Shown one piece after another: positions 38,201 to 47,339 of a stretch of 64,000 nt of DNA. Position 1 is the first letter of the stretch. Each line of letters begins with the position of its first letter. Below the pieces are notes generated by a model. That model saw only the letters and a program-made list of their open reading frames with translations, made no database searches and was not told where the DNA came from. This stretch comes from Gemmatimonadales bacterium (GTDB taxonomy: Bacteria > Gemmatimonadota > Gemmatimonadetes > Gemmatimonadales > GWC2-71-9). Where the stretch lies: contig OZ252244.1 of the NCBI GenBank assembly GCA_965249575.1, forward strand, positions 3,488,001-3,552,000, in the 5' to 3' direction. Position numbers and translations under genes: made by a program.

Positions 38201-38340
38201 CGGGACGTTCGGAGCAGGAAAGCCCGAGACCAATTCGTGGGCATGGGACTCGCGGGTTTCGTGCGGAGGCCCTTCCTACCCGACACATTGATCGGCAAGG
38301 TTCGAGACGTTCTGGGACACTGGGTCGTAGCACTCCATGA
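35296..38340 (+). CDS. Cytoplasmic hybrid sensor kinase PAS-GAF-PAS-PAS-HisKA-HATPase-REC (degenerate REC; C-terminal frameshift)
   Basis: LAGGIAHDFNNLL, SDTGRGM, FFTTK..GRGLGL, ILIVDDE; REC continues in another frame after about 38221. Confidence 0.9.
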   Translation: MRDTAKTKKQLIAELGELKGRLATLQQEFAGRSDAEPSDASESRFRRLVDYGLGLIYTHSLDGTLLSINPVAAAALGYAPSELAGTRVSESVTPADRHGFEEYLERIQDDRVDQGVLRFVTKRGDEVHWQYRSVVIRESDTVSYVLVHAQDVSDLARIRTELEVAQRELTNQVAQQTAELSEANALLKKEIGERVRTEQSLRQSRTRLELVNAIGLGISSGMSFEGVVQQTVTQLVEAFPRARSCYASLGGDAEEAIVSTAAPTGKSSRAAVPDWLLDLFVCLADGGAIIIENTAADSRLADRAQSLAQESVSAALALPVKLFDRLTGFLWLETPDPRKWSEHEIVTLTEVSQRLSLALVNARGEGERRRAEKALVRSEARFRRLVETIPHGIEEVDLEGNILIDNPALARMLGYEDGGLTGKTIWDLMVDDETRAAIRAYLQMLVREQPEPTPWVGKNKRRDGELIDVEVNWDYQRDEHGHVTGFISVITDVTERLNAERKLQESEARFRKVFEEGPLGISLVDPSFRFISANAKMCQMLGYSWEELAALTFPDITHPDDIDLNLELARKFLSGQIPFYRIEKRYIRKDGSPLWVSLTASIIRDDDGSLLYGIAMVEDIAERKHLDERLRQSQKMEALGQLAGGIAHDFNNLLVGVLGNAGLAKMVLDAHAPARQIITNIEESALRAAELTNQMLAFSGKARVERDHLSLNDLVRRLEHLLESGITRNALLASDLALELPAVEGDAGLLRQALMCLVANASEALGDASGVITVSTRIVQADKELLGSTVGSEPLPEGAYVCLGVSDTGRGMEPATQAKMFDPFFTTKLMGRGLGLATVLGIARAHRVAIRVRSEIDRGTVIEMLFPPVLAGKASIGAAGPSRAWRGRGTILIVDDEESVREVARRTLEAVGFEVMTGSSDVEGVGLLRANTDKVVAVLLGRTKPDVQSKDAVRALNAVNPEVPIILTTGRSEQESPRPIRGHGTRGFRAEALPTRHIDRQGSRRSGTLGRSTP

Positions 38341-38519
38341 CGACCTCCGATGTGGAGCTGCTGGTCGCCAAGCTTCCTTCCACACGCCACACATGCGCAC
38401 CATCAGGTCTCCCGCGCACCACGATAGCCACTCTGGTCCTCCCCGTCGGTCTGTAGGAAGGGTCGCTTGGTCCGGGGCCGTTGGTTGGCTGACCGTGCCT
38501 GGCTGCGCCAAGGGGCGAG

Positions 38520-39259
38520 TTAATCCCTGCGCAGCGGGACGCGAAATCGAGCGGTCGAACGGATTCTCGTAGTTGAGTCCCAGCGTTCGATATGCCGCTG
38601 CCCGGAATACCGATGTCAGCCAATGATAGGTCTCCCGTGAACGGGGGCTCGAGGCCGGTCTTCGGGAGGGCGAGCGTCAGGGTCCACGTCGCCCGGATGT
38701 GCTCGCCGTAAGCCTGCCCCGTGGTAGAGTCGACTCCGGAGGGAACGTCGAGCGAGAGGACGGGTGCACTTGACTCGTTTGCCCAACGGAGCATGCGAGC
38801 CGCCTGTCCCCGTGGGGCCCCGCTAAGCGAGTATCCGATCACGGCATCGATGATGAGGTCCCGAGGCATGGTGCGGAGGTCCCCGGGTCCGGCCTCAGTG
38901 CCTCCGGCAGCCTGAAACACCTTCCGCTGGAAGCGCGGTACCTCACTTAGCGAATCCGGGGCCAACAACACGAGCGTAACGTGGGCACGTCGGTTGGCTA
39001 AGTGGCGCGCCGCGCAGATGCCCCCTCCTCCGTTTCCGCCCGTGCCGGAGAGCACGACGATGCGGGCACGTTCCCACCCGCTTCCGAGCACGTCTATGGC
39101 GTGTCTGGCCAAATTGCGTCCGGCGTTTTCCATCATCTGAAAGAGATTTGGCCCCGTCTCCTCGATCGCTATGCGATCGACTTCTCGCATCTGGTCGGTC
39201 GTGACTGCCGGGACTGCGATTCCGCGGTCCGTGACGAAGCCCGTGGGATCAGGAGTCAT
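38520..39259 (-). CDS. nnrE: Stand-alone NAD(P)H-hydrate epimerase (YjeF_N), with apparent 3' frameshifts
   Basis: MMENAG, GGNGGGG, DAVIGYS, DVPSG, LALPKTG, ADIGIP; natural-looking C-terminus (AAAYRTLGLNYENPF..RFRVPL) restored by removing two single bases. Confidence 0.8.
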
Positions 39260-39345
39260 TTGCCGTCTCCGCGCCCCGGCGTGGCAGCCTCCGCACAGCC
39301 GGCCATCCGTCGATCGCTTGCGCGTCGCCCCAGACGTCGGTCATC

Positions 39346-40509
39346 TCAACCAGCAAGAGCCGCGATGCGGTCGACAGCTTCGACCAAACGAGGGACAGGC
39401 GCGGCTAGTGCGATCCGGATGTAACCCTCGCCGCCCTGTCCAAATGCCGTTCCACTCCACACCGACACGCCCTCCTCGAGCAGGCGCATGGTGAAGCCAT
39501 CGGACGACTCCCCCGCGGGGGTCGATAGCCAGCAGAACGGACTGGCATCCGACTCGTGAAAGGCGAGGCGGTTGCGCTTCAAGGCATCGACCGCGGCGCG
39601 GTGACGACCTGCCAGGTCGCCCGCCACGGCGGCCGCCAGCGACTCACCATCCCGTAGGACGGACACCGCCGCCCGCTGGACGCCGAGCAGGGGTCCGGTG
39701 TCGATGTAGGTCTTGAGGTTGGCCATCGCCTCGATGATTTCCGCATTGCCAGCCACCCAGCCAAGCCGCCATCCGGCCATCGCGAAGGATTTTGACATAG
39801 AGTGGAACTCGACCGCCACGTCTCGGGCGCCGGGGACCTGGAGCACACTCGGGGCGCGATAGCCGTCAAAGACGATCTCGTTGTAGGCTGCATCCATGGC
39901 CAGGACGATCCCATGGCGACGGCACGTCTCGACCGTGCGCTCGAGGTAGTCGATTGGCGCGGTCGATCCCGTTGGGTTGTTCGGATAGTTCAGGTACACC
40001 AATCGCGCTCGCTCGAGGTCACGCTGAGGGATCTCGTCGAGTTGGAGCAGAAAGCCGTCCTCCGGTCGGAGTCGGGCGTAGTACGGCTCGGCGGAAGCTG
40101 ATACCAATCCTCCCCGGTATACCAAGAACGACGGGTCCGGCAGGATGATGCTGTCCCCGGGATCGGCCACGACCGGTGCGAGGTGGGCGATGCCCTCCAT
40201 CGCGCCGACGAGCGGCAAGATTTCTCTATGGGGATCCAGCGATACGCCAAGCCGGCGCTCCATGAAGTCTGCCGCGGCCTCCCTGAACGGCCCATAACCG
40301 ACCTGGTACCCGTAACGGCTCATCGCCGGGTCAATCATTGCCTCCGCGAGGCTGTCGATTGCGATCTGTGGAGGGGGAAAGACAGGGTCGCCGAGACTCA
40401 AGTCGATGAGATCTCGGCCTTCCTCGAGCAGCCGGCGCTTGGCCGCCAGCACGGCGGTCACCGGCGAATGCCTCACTTGCTCGACACGCGTGGATAGCAA
40501 GCGGCTCAT
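39346..40509 (-). CDS. Aminotransferase class I/II (LL-DAP aminotransferase-like)
   Basis: NYPNNPTG, DAAY, SMSKSFAMAGWRLG, GEGYIRIAL. Confidence 0.88.
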   Translation of the reverse strand: MSRLLSTRVEQVRHSPVTAVLAAKRRLLEEGRDLIDLSLGDPVFPPPQIAIDSLAEAMIDPAMSRYGYQVGYGPFREAAADFMERRLGVSLDPHREILPLVGAMEGIAHLAPVVADPGDSIILPDPSFLVYRGGLVSASAEPYYARLRPEDGFLLQLDEIPQRDLERARLVYLNYPNNPTGSTAPIDYLERTVETCRRHGIVLAMDAAYNEIVFDGYRAPSVLQVPGARDVAVEFHSMSKSFAMAGWRLGWVAGNAEIIEAMANLKTYIDTGPLLGVQRAAVSVLRDGESLAAAVAGDLAGRHRAAVDALKRNRLAFHESDASPFCWLSTPAGESSDGFTMRLLEEGVSVWSGTAFGQGGEGYIRIALAAPVPRLVEAVDRIAALAG

Positions 40510-40519
40510 GAGAGGATGG

Positions 40520-40861
40520 CTAACGCTGCCCGAGTTTGGCCCGTTCGCGCGTCAGTTCTTCTTGAAGAAACCCTTCGACGGGTTCCGGTACCATCTGACG
40601 CCACCGCCGAATCACTACTGTCTCGAAGAGGCCGCCCCGCTTGTACGGCTCGGACTCGATGAACGCTTCGGCGTCGGCCCGGCTCCCGAGATCAAGGACG
40701 AAGATGCTCCCGATCGAGGTGGCTCCGAGGTCGTCCTGGAGCGGTCCGCCGAACATGGTCCGATCCTTTACGCCCATCATATACGCGAGGTGTTCGGCGC
40801 GCAGCGATGAGCGCAACACCGCTGACCCTGGCTTGTCGATACAGATAAAACTGAAGAGCAT
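40520..40861 (-). CDS. YciI family protein
   Basis: CIDKPG...R.EHLAY, GGP, GS, EPYKRGGLF. Confidence 0.85.
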   Translation of the reverse strand: MLFSFICIDKPGSAVLRSSLRAEHLAYMMGVKDRTMFGGPLQDDLGATSIGSIFVLDLGSRADAEAFIESEPYKRGGLFETVVIRRWRQMVPEPVEGFLQEELTRERAKLGQR

Positions 40862-40966
40862 GACGTATCCCTATCGAATGACCGATTGGCGCTGCCTCTT
40901 GACAACCGCTACCACCTGCCCGACGATGCGAGCGGTCGCCCGGTTGCGCGACCCGGCGGAAACTCG

Positions 40967-42283
40967 ATGGGCACGACATCGGCAAAACTCACCCCGACGG
41001 TCGAATCGTACGCCGCTCGGTACCCTGACGTCCCGATGGAGGTCATCCTCAAGGAGGATCTCCTCCGCCTTGGCTTGCGACTCACCGATGCCGCGCTACG
41101 CTCCGCGCGGAACTGCCGGACCCAAGCGTACTACCTGTTCTCCTACAATATCTCCGCCCACGGGGACATGAAAGAAGGCGTGAGCACCGCCGCCCCGGAA
41201 GACATCATTTTTCGGGGCGGTCCCTACGGTCTCTGCCGGACCTGGGTGCGCGTCGTGCTGAACGACGCGTCCCCGTACGAGATCGACGTTGTCGATGGCC
41301 GGATCGTCATCTGTGAGCATGGTGTGCCAGTGGCCGAGGCCGTTTATCCCGAAAAGCCCGTGTATTACGGTAGCAAGTTCGATGACGGGACGCGGTACGA
41401 GCAAGTGATTCCTCTCCTCTACGATTCCTACGCATTCATTACGACCTTTCGCGCCTGCCACTATTGGGGCGACAAAGAGGAATGCAAGTTTTGCGACATC
41501 AACTACAACCTCCGTGAAATCCGACAGCTGACCGGCGACCACGTGACCGCAGACGCCATCAAAGACAAGGCGAAAGTGGCCGCGGTGCTCGATGCGATGT
41601 CGAGGGAGCCCGATCCCGGCAAACGGCTCATCACGATTATCATGACAGGCGGGTCGATCGTCCGAAAGGTAAAGGGCGGCCCGAACAACGCGACCGACTT
41701 CAACATCCCCTACGTTGAGGCGATTCGCGAGCGCATCGGCCGACGGGTTCCGATCGTGATGATCACCGAGAGCCAGCCGGTGGCATGCATTCGACGGTTC
41801 CGCGATGCCGGTGTGACCGTGCATAACGCGAATCTGGAGGTATGGGATAAGCGCCTTTTTCGAGCGATCGCACCGGGCAAGGACAAGTACGTTGGCTATG
41901 ACCTTTGGGTGCGACGCCTACTGGAATACGTCGACGTCATGGGAGAGGGCCGGGTGAGCCCGAACATGGTATCCGGTCTCGAGATGGCGCGGCCGTGGGG
42001 TTTCGGTACGGTGGCCGAAGCTGTCCAATCGGCGGCTGAAGGCTTTGAGTACTTCATGGTCCGCGGGGTGATTCCGCACTTGGATACGTGGTGCATCGAG
42101 CCGGGCACGGCCTTCGCGGGACACCCCCCAGTCCCGCTCGATTTCCTCATTCAAGCCGACATTGCTTGGTATGAGACGTGGCGCAGGTACAAGCTACCCC
42201 CGTTCGAGGGATACGGGCCGATGGGAGGAGGGCCGGGGATCGCGGTCTACGGCAACACCGGCTCCGTGGATATGGGAGGCTAG
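40967..42283 (+). CDS. Radical SAM protein with non-canonical CX8CX2C motif
   Basis: CHYWGDKEECKFC, TGG, NLEVWD..LF..IAPGK, N.VSGLE. Confidence 0.85.
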   Translation: MGTTSAKLTPTVESYAARYPDVPMEVILKEDLLRLGLRLTDAALRSARNCRTQAYYLFSYNISAHGDMKEGVSTAAPEDIIFRGGPYGLCRTWVRVVLNDASPYEIDVVDGRIVICEHGVPVAEAVYPEKPVYYGSKFDDGTRYEQVIPLLYDSYAFITTFRACHYWGDKEECKFCDINYNLREIRQLTGDHVTADAIKDKAKVAAVLDAMSREPDPGKRLITIIMTGGSIVRKVKGGPNNATDFNIPYVEAIRERIGRRVPIVMITESQPVACIRRFRDAGVTVHNANLEVWDKRLFRAIAPGKDKYVGYDLWVRRLLEYVDVMGEGRVSPNMVSGLEMARPWGFGTVAEAVQSAAEGFEYFMVRGVIPHLDTWCIEPGTAFAGHPPVPLDFLIQADIAWYETWRRYKLPPFEGYGPMGGGPGIAVYGNTGSVDMGG

Positions 42284-42293
42284 CGGTCGGTCG

Positions 42294-42446
42294 CTACGGA
42301 ACCGGCTCGAACCGGCGACGGGGGGTGGAGCGCTTCGGCTTTTGGACGTGGTCCGAATCCGATCGCGATATGCGCTGGGTTTGCGCGAGGATCGCGAGGA
42401 ACCCGGCGATCAGCAGACCAACCAATACCGCCAGCTCGGTCAGCAC
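42294..42446 (-). CDS. Putative 50-aa single-pass membrane protein
   Basis: MLTELAVLVGLLIAGFLAILAQTQRISRSDSDHVQKPKRSTPRRRFEPVP*; hydrophobic N-terminal helix and basic tail; no clear SD. Confidence 0.4.
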   Translation of the reverse strand: MLTELAVLVGLLIAGFLAILAQTQRISRSDSDHVQKPKRSTPRRRFEPVP

Positions 42447-42708
42447 GTTTGCGCTAACCGTTCGGTGCGTACGAGGCTGCGCCAGTGCGGCGTTCCAACG
42501 GCATTAGCGTGGTCCACGAGGGGTGAGAATGGCAGGGACCGTGCCGAGCGGGTGCTTGATGCGTGGCTTCATCTAAGTTGTTTGTGTTGAATGAGTTGTG
42601 GTTTCAGCTCTCAGACGGCTCGAAGGGGACCGGAGTCCTGGGACGGAAGGATTGGCCGGATCTTCCTGCCGGGCGGGTGGGCTCGGTTGGAGGGGCAAAA
42701 AGCGGAAA

Positions 42709-42729
42709 GCCCGGGGGAGCGCCCCGGGC
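42709..42729 (-). terminator. Probable intrinsic terminator downstream of the LIV operon
   Basis: gcccgggg-N5-ccccgggc followed on the minus strand by tttccgcttttt. Confidence 0.5.
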
Positions 42730-42895
42730 CCGTACCTCTCCCGCTCGTCTGACGTGCTGAATTACTTCTCCGCTCCGCTGAGACCAAACATAGATAGAGC
42801 GGCAGCCATCTCCACCCATCCTGATTCCGCCGATGCCAGGCGCCGGACACGGAATCGACATCACAAACCTGGTTGGGCGAACGCGACCGACGCGC

Positions 42896-44173
42896 CTAGC
42901 CGCTGACTGGCACTTCCCGCTCGTCGACCAGAGGCTCCGGGTTCTCCGGGAGCGTCCCCGGCCTCACGACTTCGACCTCCACGCGCAGCCGCACCGCTTC
43001 GCGGACTGTCTCCTGCACCAAATCGCGGTCGATCGATCCCGGTTCCGTCGATTCGACTCTCAGTGTCAGCGTGTCCTGGTGCTCGGTGTGCCCGACGCGG
43101 GCCTGGTAGCGGGAGACAGACGGCACGCGAGCAAGCGCCGAGGCGAGTTGGCTCGGGTGCAAGAACATCCCCCTCACCTTCACACCTTCACCGACCCGGC
43201 CCAGGAATCCCACGAGCCGCGGTGTCGTGCGGCCGCAACTGCAGCCACCTTCCGCAAACGCTGAGAGGTCGCCAGTCCCGAAGCGCACCATTGGATACAC
43301 CTCGTCAGGACTGGTCACCACGACCTCGCCGGTCGCGGACCGCCCACCGCTCGCCGGATCGGCGATCTCGATAACGATCCCGGGCGCCACATGCCAACCG
43401 TTTTTCGCACGGCACTCGTAGCCTAGGCTGCCACAGTCCGCCGTACCGTATCCCTGAAACACTTCTACGCCGTGGCGACCCTCGATGTCCCGCCGTAATA
43501 CGGGCGGGAGGGCGGCGCCCGTGACGAAGGCACGCCGCAACGGCACGCGCACCTCACGCTCGGCAGCCCGCTCCAGCAGTTGGTGGAGGAAACCCGGCGT
43601 CCCGACGAAACCGGTGGTGCCGATTCGTGCCATGAGGTTGACCTGGGCTTCCGCATGTCCGACACCGCCCGGTACCACGACACAGCCGATGGCCCGCAAC
43701 CCCTCCTCGAGCATCGCACCCGCGGGCGTCAGGTGATAGGCGAAGGTATTCTGGACGATGTCGTCGTGGCGGAATCCCGCGGCCCACAATCCCGGAGCCA
43801 TGCGCCAGAAATCCGAACGATCACCCTCCGGATCCAGGATGGGTCCCGGCGACTGGTAGACTCGCCGAAGCGAGGAGAGCGGGATCGCCAGCATGCCGCC
43901 GAACGGGGGATGCTCCGCCTGCAGGGCCGGGAGGTCGTCCTTTTTCCGGATGGGGATGGCGCTCAGATCGTCGACGCCGCGTATGTCGCTTGGGTTGACT
44001 CCCGCCTCGCGAAGGCGGTGCTGCACCTCCGGAGCGTGCTCCGCGGCATGCTGGATGGCGTGCCGTACCAGGTCGTCTTGATAGCCCGGCCAGTCGGTGG
44101 TCGACTCCACTTCCGGTTGATACTGCTCCCCGAGGGGCCCAGCGTCCGATGCCCGCTCGTTCACGACAGCCAC
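42896..44173 (-). CDS. Phenylacetate-CoA ligase-like AMP-binding enzyme
   Basis: SPGPILDPEG, YHLTPAG, YGTAD, RFGTGDLS, KVRGMF. Confidence 0.88.
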   Translation of the reverse strand: MAVVNERASDAGPLGEQYQPEVESTTDWPGYQDDLVRHAIQHAAEHAPEVQHRLREAGVNPSDIRGVDDLSAIPIRKKDDLPALQAEHPPFGGMLAIPLSSLRRVYQSPGPILDPEGDRSDFWRMAPGLWAAGFRHDDIVQNTFAYHLTPAGAMLEEGLRAIGCVVVPGGVGHAEAQVNLMARIGTTGFVGTPGFLHQLLERAAEREVRVPLRRAFVTGAALPPVLRRDIEGRHGVEVFQGYGTADCGSLGYECRAKNGWHVAPGIVIEIADPASGGRSATGEVVVTSPDEVYPMVRFGTGDLSAFAEGGCSCGRTTPRLVGFLGRVGEGVKVRGMFLHPSQLASALARVPSVSRYQARVGHTEHQDTLTLRVESTEPGSIDRDLVQETVREAVRLRVEVEVVRPGTLPENPEPLVDEREVPVSG

Positions 44174-44955
44174 CGTTTGCGGCGCCGGTAGTGCTTCACG
44201 TCCCGATACGATCGCCGAGCGCCGACCCCGGTCAGGCCGAGGTAGAACTCCCGAACGTCCTCGTTGGATTCGAGCGTCTCGGGCGTGCCTTCGAGCACGA
44301 CGCGGCCGCCCTCCATGATGTAGCCGTAATGGGCGATTGAGAGCGCCTGGGCGGCGTTCTGCTCCACGAGGAGGACCGAAGTGCCCTCTACCTCGTTGAT
44401 GTCGCGGATAATCCCGAGAATCTCCCGCACGAGGAGTGGGGCGAGTCCCAGCGACGGTTCGTCCAGTAGCATGATGCGCGGCCTCGCCATCAAGGCTCTC
44501 CCGATCGCGAGCATCTGCTGCTCTCCACCCGAGAGGTAGCCTGCCCGCTGCGCGGCCCGCTCCGCCAAGCGGGGGAAGTACGTGTACACGCGGGCAATGT
44601 CGCTGCGGAGGTGCCGCCGGTCGCGGCGGGTATGTGCGCCGGCCATCAGGTTCTCCTCAACGGTCAGATGCTCGAAAACTCGACGCCCCTCCATGACCTG
44701 CAGGATGCCACGCCGGACGATGTCGTCGGCGTCCCGGCTGTGAATCTCGCCACCGTCCAGCTCGATGCTTCCGTCGGTCACCTCACCGTGATCCGGGCGG
44801 AGGAGTCCCGAGATGGCTTTGAGCGTGGTCGTCTTGCCGGCACCGTTGGTGCCGAGCAGCGCGGCGATTTGGCCCCGTTCAACTCGCAGGGACAGTCCCT
44901 TGAGTACCAGGATGACGTCGTCGTATCGGACTTCGACGTTGTTCAGCTGAAGCAT
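44161..44955 (-). CDS. LIV-type ABC transporter ATPase (LivF-like)
   Basis: GTNGAGKTT, LSGGEQQM, DEPSLGLAP, VEQN. Confidence 0.92.
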   Translation of the reverse strand: MLQLNNVEVRYDDVILVLKGLSLRVERGQIAALLGTNGAGKTTTLKAISGLLRPDHGEVTDGSIELDGGEIHSRDADDIVRRGILQVMEGRRVFEHLTVEENLMAGAHTRRDRRHLRSDIARVYTYFPRLAERAAQRAGYLSGGEQQMLAIGRALMARPRIMLLDEPSLGLAPLLVREILGIIRDINEVEGTSVLLVEQNAAQALSIAHYGYIMEGGRVVLEGTPETLESNEDVREFYLGLTGVGARRSYRDVKHYRRRKRWLS

Positions 44956-44998
44956 GCTCGGGATTCCAACAAGCCCACTTGGGGGAGCGCGGCGGAGA

Positions 44999-46201
44999 TC
45001 ATTGGTCGGCGGCCCAATCCGGGGCAGTTCGGAAATCCGTCATCGGCACCCACACCCCCTCTCGAACCCGGAACAGACGCATCCCGTCCGATCCCCAGTG
45101 GTCTTCGGCACTGAACACGATGGGGACAGTGACGCCCCCGGTCTTGAAATCGCGCAGTTGCTCCAGGGCGCCTTTGATGTTTTCACCGGTCAGCTCTTGG
45201 CCAGCCGCGGTCACGCTACGGATTCCCTCGACCATGACCGCTGTGGTCCACCACCCCTGGGCATACATGAGTCCCAGGTCCTCGATGGAAGCGCCCTGGT
45301 CGGTGAGATAGGAGCGGATTTCTTGGATACCCTCGACGTCCTCGCTGAGTGGTGCAAACGGCATGGAGCCCACGACGCCTTCGGCCGCGGTTCCGGCCAG
45401 GTCGGTTAGGACCTCGTTGGAACACCAGTTGAGGCAGATGAATGTGGCGTCGAGTCCCAAGCTGCGCGCGTTGCGCAGCGTGATCGCCACCGGTCCCGAC
45501 GTGTTCTGGAAAACGACGTACTCGGCTCCGTCCTGCCGGAGGCGAGTCAGCTCAGCCGTGAAATCGATGGCGCCACGAGGCATCTCATAGGACTTGGCGT
45601 CGATGCCGTGGTCGTTCGCGTATTGGCGGCCGCCCTGATTCCAGGGGGCGAGGCCGAACGGGCTGGCGTGATGCATGAGCGCGACACGCGGCGGGGCCCG
45701 CACTCCCCGCGCGGCGACATCCTCCCGAATCCAATCGAGCACGATGATGAACTGATCGCTATAGCTAGTCCCGACTAGGAAGTTGTAGGGGGCCTCTTCC
45801 GGGTCTCCCAATACGTGCGAGTACGAAGCTGACGTAAACGGAATCCGGTCATCTGCGATCCGGGCTCGCAGCGCTTCGGTGTCCCCCGTTCCCCATCCCA
45901 TGAACGCGACCACGCCCTCGGAGACGAATTGGCTGTAGAGCTGCTCGGCTTGCGGCACCTGATAGGCGTAATCCTGAAACACGAGATCGACCGGCGCACC
46001 TTCAATCCCGCCGCTCGCGTTCAGCCATTTGACGTAGCCCCGCACACCTTCCGCATAGCTCGCGCCGACGTCGGACGTGGGTCCGGTGAGATCGAAGATC
46101 GCGCCGATCTTGATGCCGCGGTCTTCGCCTCCGTCCCCGCAAGCGCCTAACGCCGCCGCCAGGAAAACGAGCAGCGCGAGAGTAAGACCAGGCTTGCGCA
46201 C
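44999..46201 (-). CDS. LIV-type ABC substrate-binding lipoprotein
   Basis: Lipobox LGAC; DLTGPTSDVG, GWGTGDTEAL. Confidence 0.9.
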   Translation of the reverse strand: MRKPGLTLALLVFLAAALGACGDGGEDRGIKIGAIFDLTGPTSDVGASYAEGVRGYVKWLNASGGIEGAPVDLVFQDYAYQVPQAEQLYSQFVSEGVVAFMGWGTGDTEALRARIADDRIPFTSASYSHVLGDPEEAPYNFLVGTSYSDQFIIVLDWIREDVAARGVRAPPRVALMHHASPFGLAPWNQGGRQYANDHGIDAKSYEMPRGAIDFTAELTRLRQDGAEYVVFQNTSGPVAITLRNARSLGLDATFICLNWCSNEVLTDLAGTAAEGVVGSMPFAPLSEDVEGIQEIRSYLTDQGASIEDLGLMYAQGWWTTAVMVEGIRSVTAAGQELTGENIKGALEQLRDFKTGGVTVPIVFSAEDHWGSDGMRLFRVREGVWVPMTDFRTAPDWAADQ

Positions 46202-46292
46202 GGGAGTACCTCCGGTGATCGATGGTCGCGGTGTGGGAGTCCCGCGAGTGGACTCACGCGCCCGGCGTCGGCGTGACCGAGCCCCGCCTATT

Positions 46293-47339
46293 CTAGTAGC
46301 TGAACGGCCAGACCGCGAAGTAGTCCTTTACGTTGCGCCAGAGTTTGGCGAGGCCACCTGGCTCCAGGACCAGGAACAGAATGATGATCAGCCCGAACAT
46401 TCCCTGTTGAACTGACGGGAGCAAGGTCGCGATTGCTGGAGCGGTATCCTGCAGGCTCCGTCCCAGCGTATTGATGGCGGCGGGGAGCAGAGTAATGAAA
46501 GCGGCCCCCAGGAAGGATCCGGTGAGGGTGCCCAACCCTCCGATGATTATCATTGCGAGGTAGAGGATACTGGTCTCGATCGTGAAGCGTTCCCAGGTCA
46601 CGATGGTTCGGTAGTGCGCGATCAGCGCCCCGGCCAGTCCCACGATGAAAGATGAAGTGGCAAAGGCCAGCAGTTTGTAGTAGTAGACGTTCACGCCGAC
46701 GACGTTGGCCGCGACGTCCTGGTCTCGAATCGCCACAAAGGCTCGCCCAACGCGAGATCGGAACAGGTTGGCCGCGAAGAGCGCCGTGGCCCCAGCGGTC
46801 GACGCCGCGATCCAGTAAAAACGAAAGTCGGTATTCACTCGCTGACCGAGAAGCGTCGGGGCAGGAATCACCAGGGCCTCGGTGCCGCCCGTAAGCACTG
46901 TCCAATGCGTGACGATCCACTCGACGATTTCCTGCGCTGCGAGGGTCGCCACCGCGAGATAGAGGCCCTTGAGGCGTAGTGAAGGCAGGCCGAAGAACAC
47001 GCCGATCGCTGCGGTCAGGATGCATGCCGCCGGTATGCTGAGCCAGAAGGGAACGCCCATTCGAGCGGTGAGGATCCCGGTCCCGTAGGCTCCGACGGCC
47101 ATGAACGCGCCCTGGCCGAGTGAGATTTGACCGGTATACCCGACCAAGATATTCAGGCCGATTGCGCCGACAGTGGCGATCGCCACCTGATTGCCAAGGC
47201 TGAGCCAGTAGGGTGAGGCGACGAACGGAAAGGCGAGCGCCCCGATGAGAAAGAGTCCGAGACGCACGCGTTCGAGCGGGGTGCGCCTCAGGCCCATGTC
47301 GGCCTCGTACGTGACGTGGAAGTGTCCGGACTGTAACAT
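46293..47339 (-). CDS. LIV-type ABC permease (LivM-like)
   Basis: GYTGQISLGQ, RLKGLYLA, RAFVAIRD, IIGGLG. Confidence 0.9.
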   Translation of the reverse strand: MLQSGHFHVTYEADMGLRRTPLERVRLGLFLIGALAFPFVASPYWLSLGNQVAIATVGAIGLNILVGYTGQISLGQGAFMAVGAYGTGILTARMGVPFWLSIPAACILTAAIGVFFGLPSLRLKGLYLAVATLAAQEIVEWIVTHWTVLTGGTEALVIPAPTLLGQRVNTDFRFYWIAASTAGATALFAANLFRSRVGRAFVAIRDQDVAANVVGVNVYYYKLLAFATSSFIVGLAGALIAHYRTIVTWERFTIETSILYLAMIIIGGLGTLTGSFLGAAFITLLPAAINTLGRSLQDTAPAIATLLPSVQQGMFGLIIILFLVLEPGGLAKLWRNVKDYFAVWPFSY

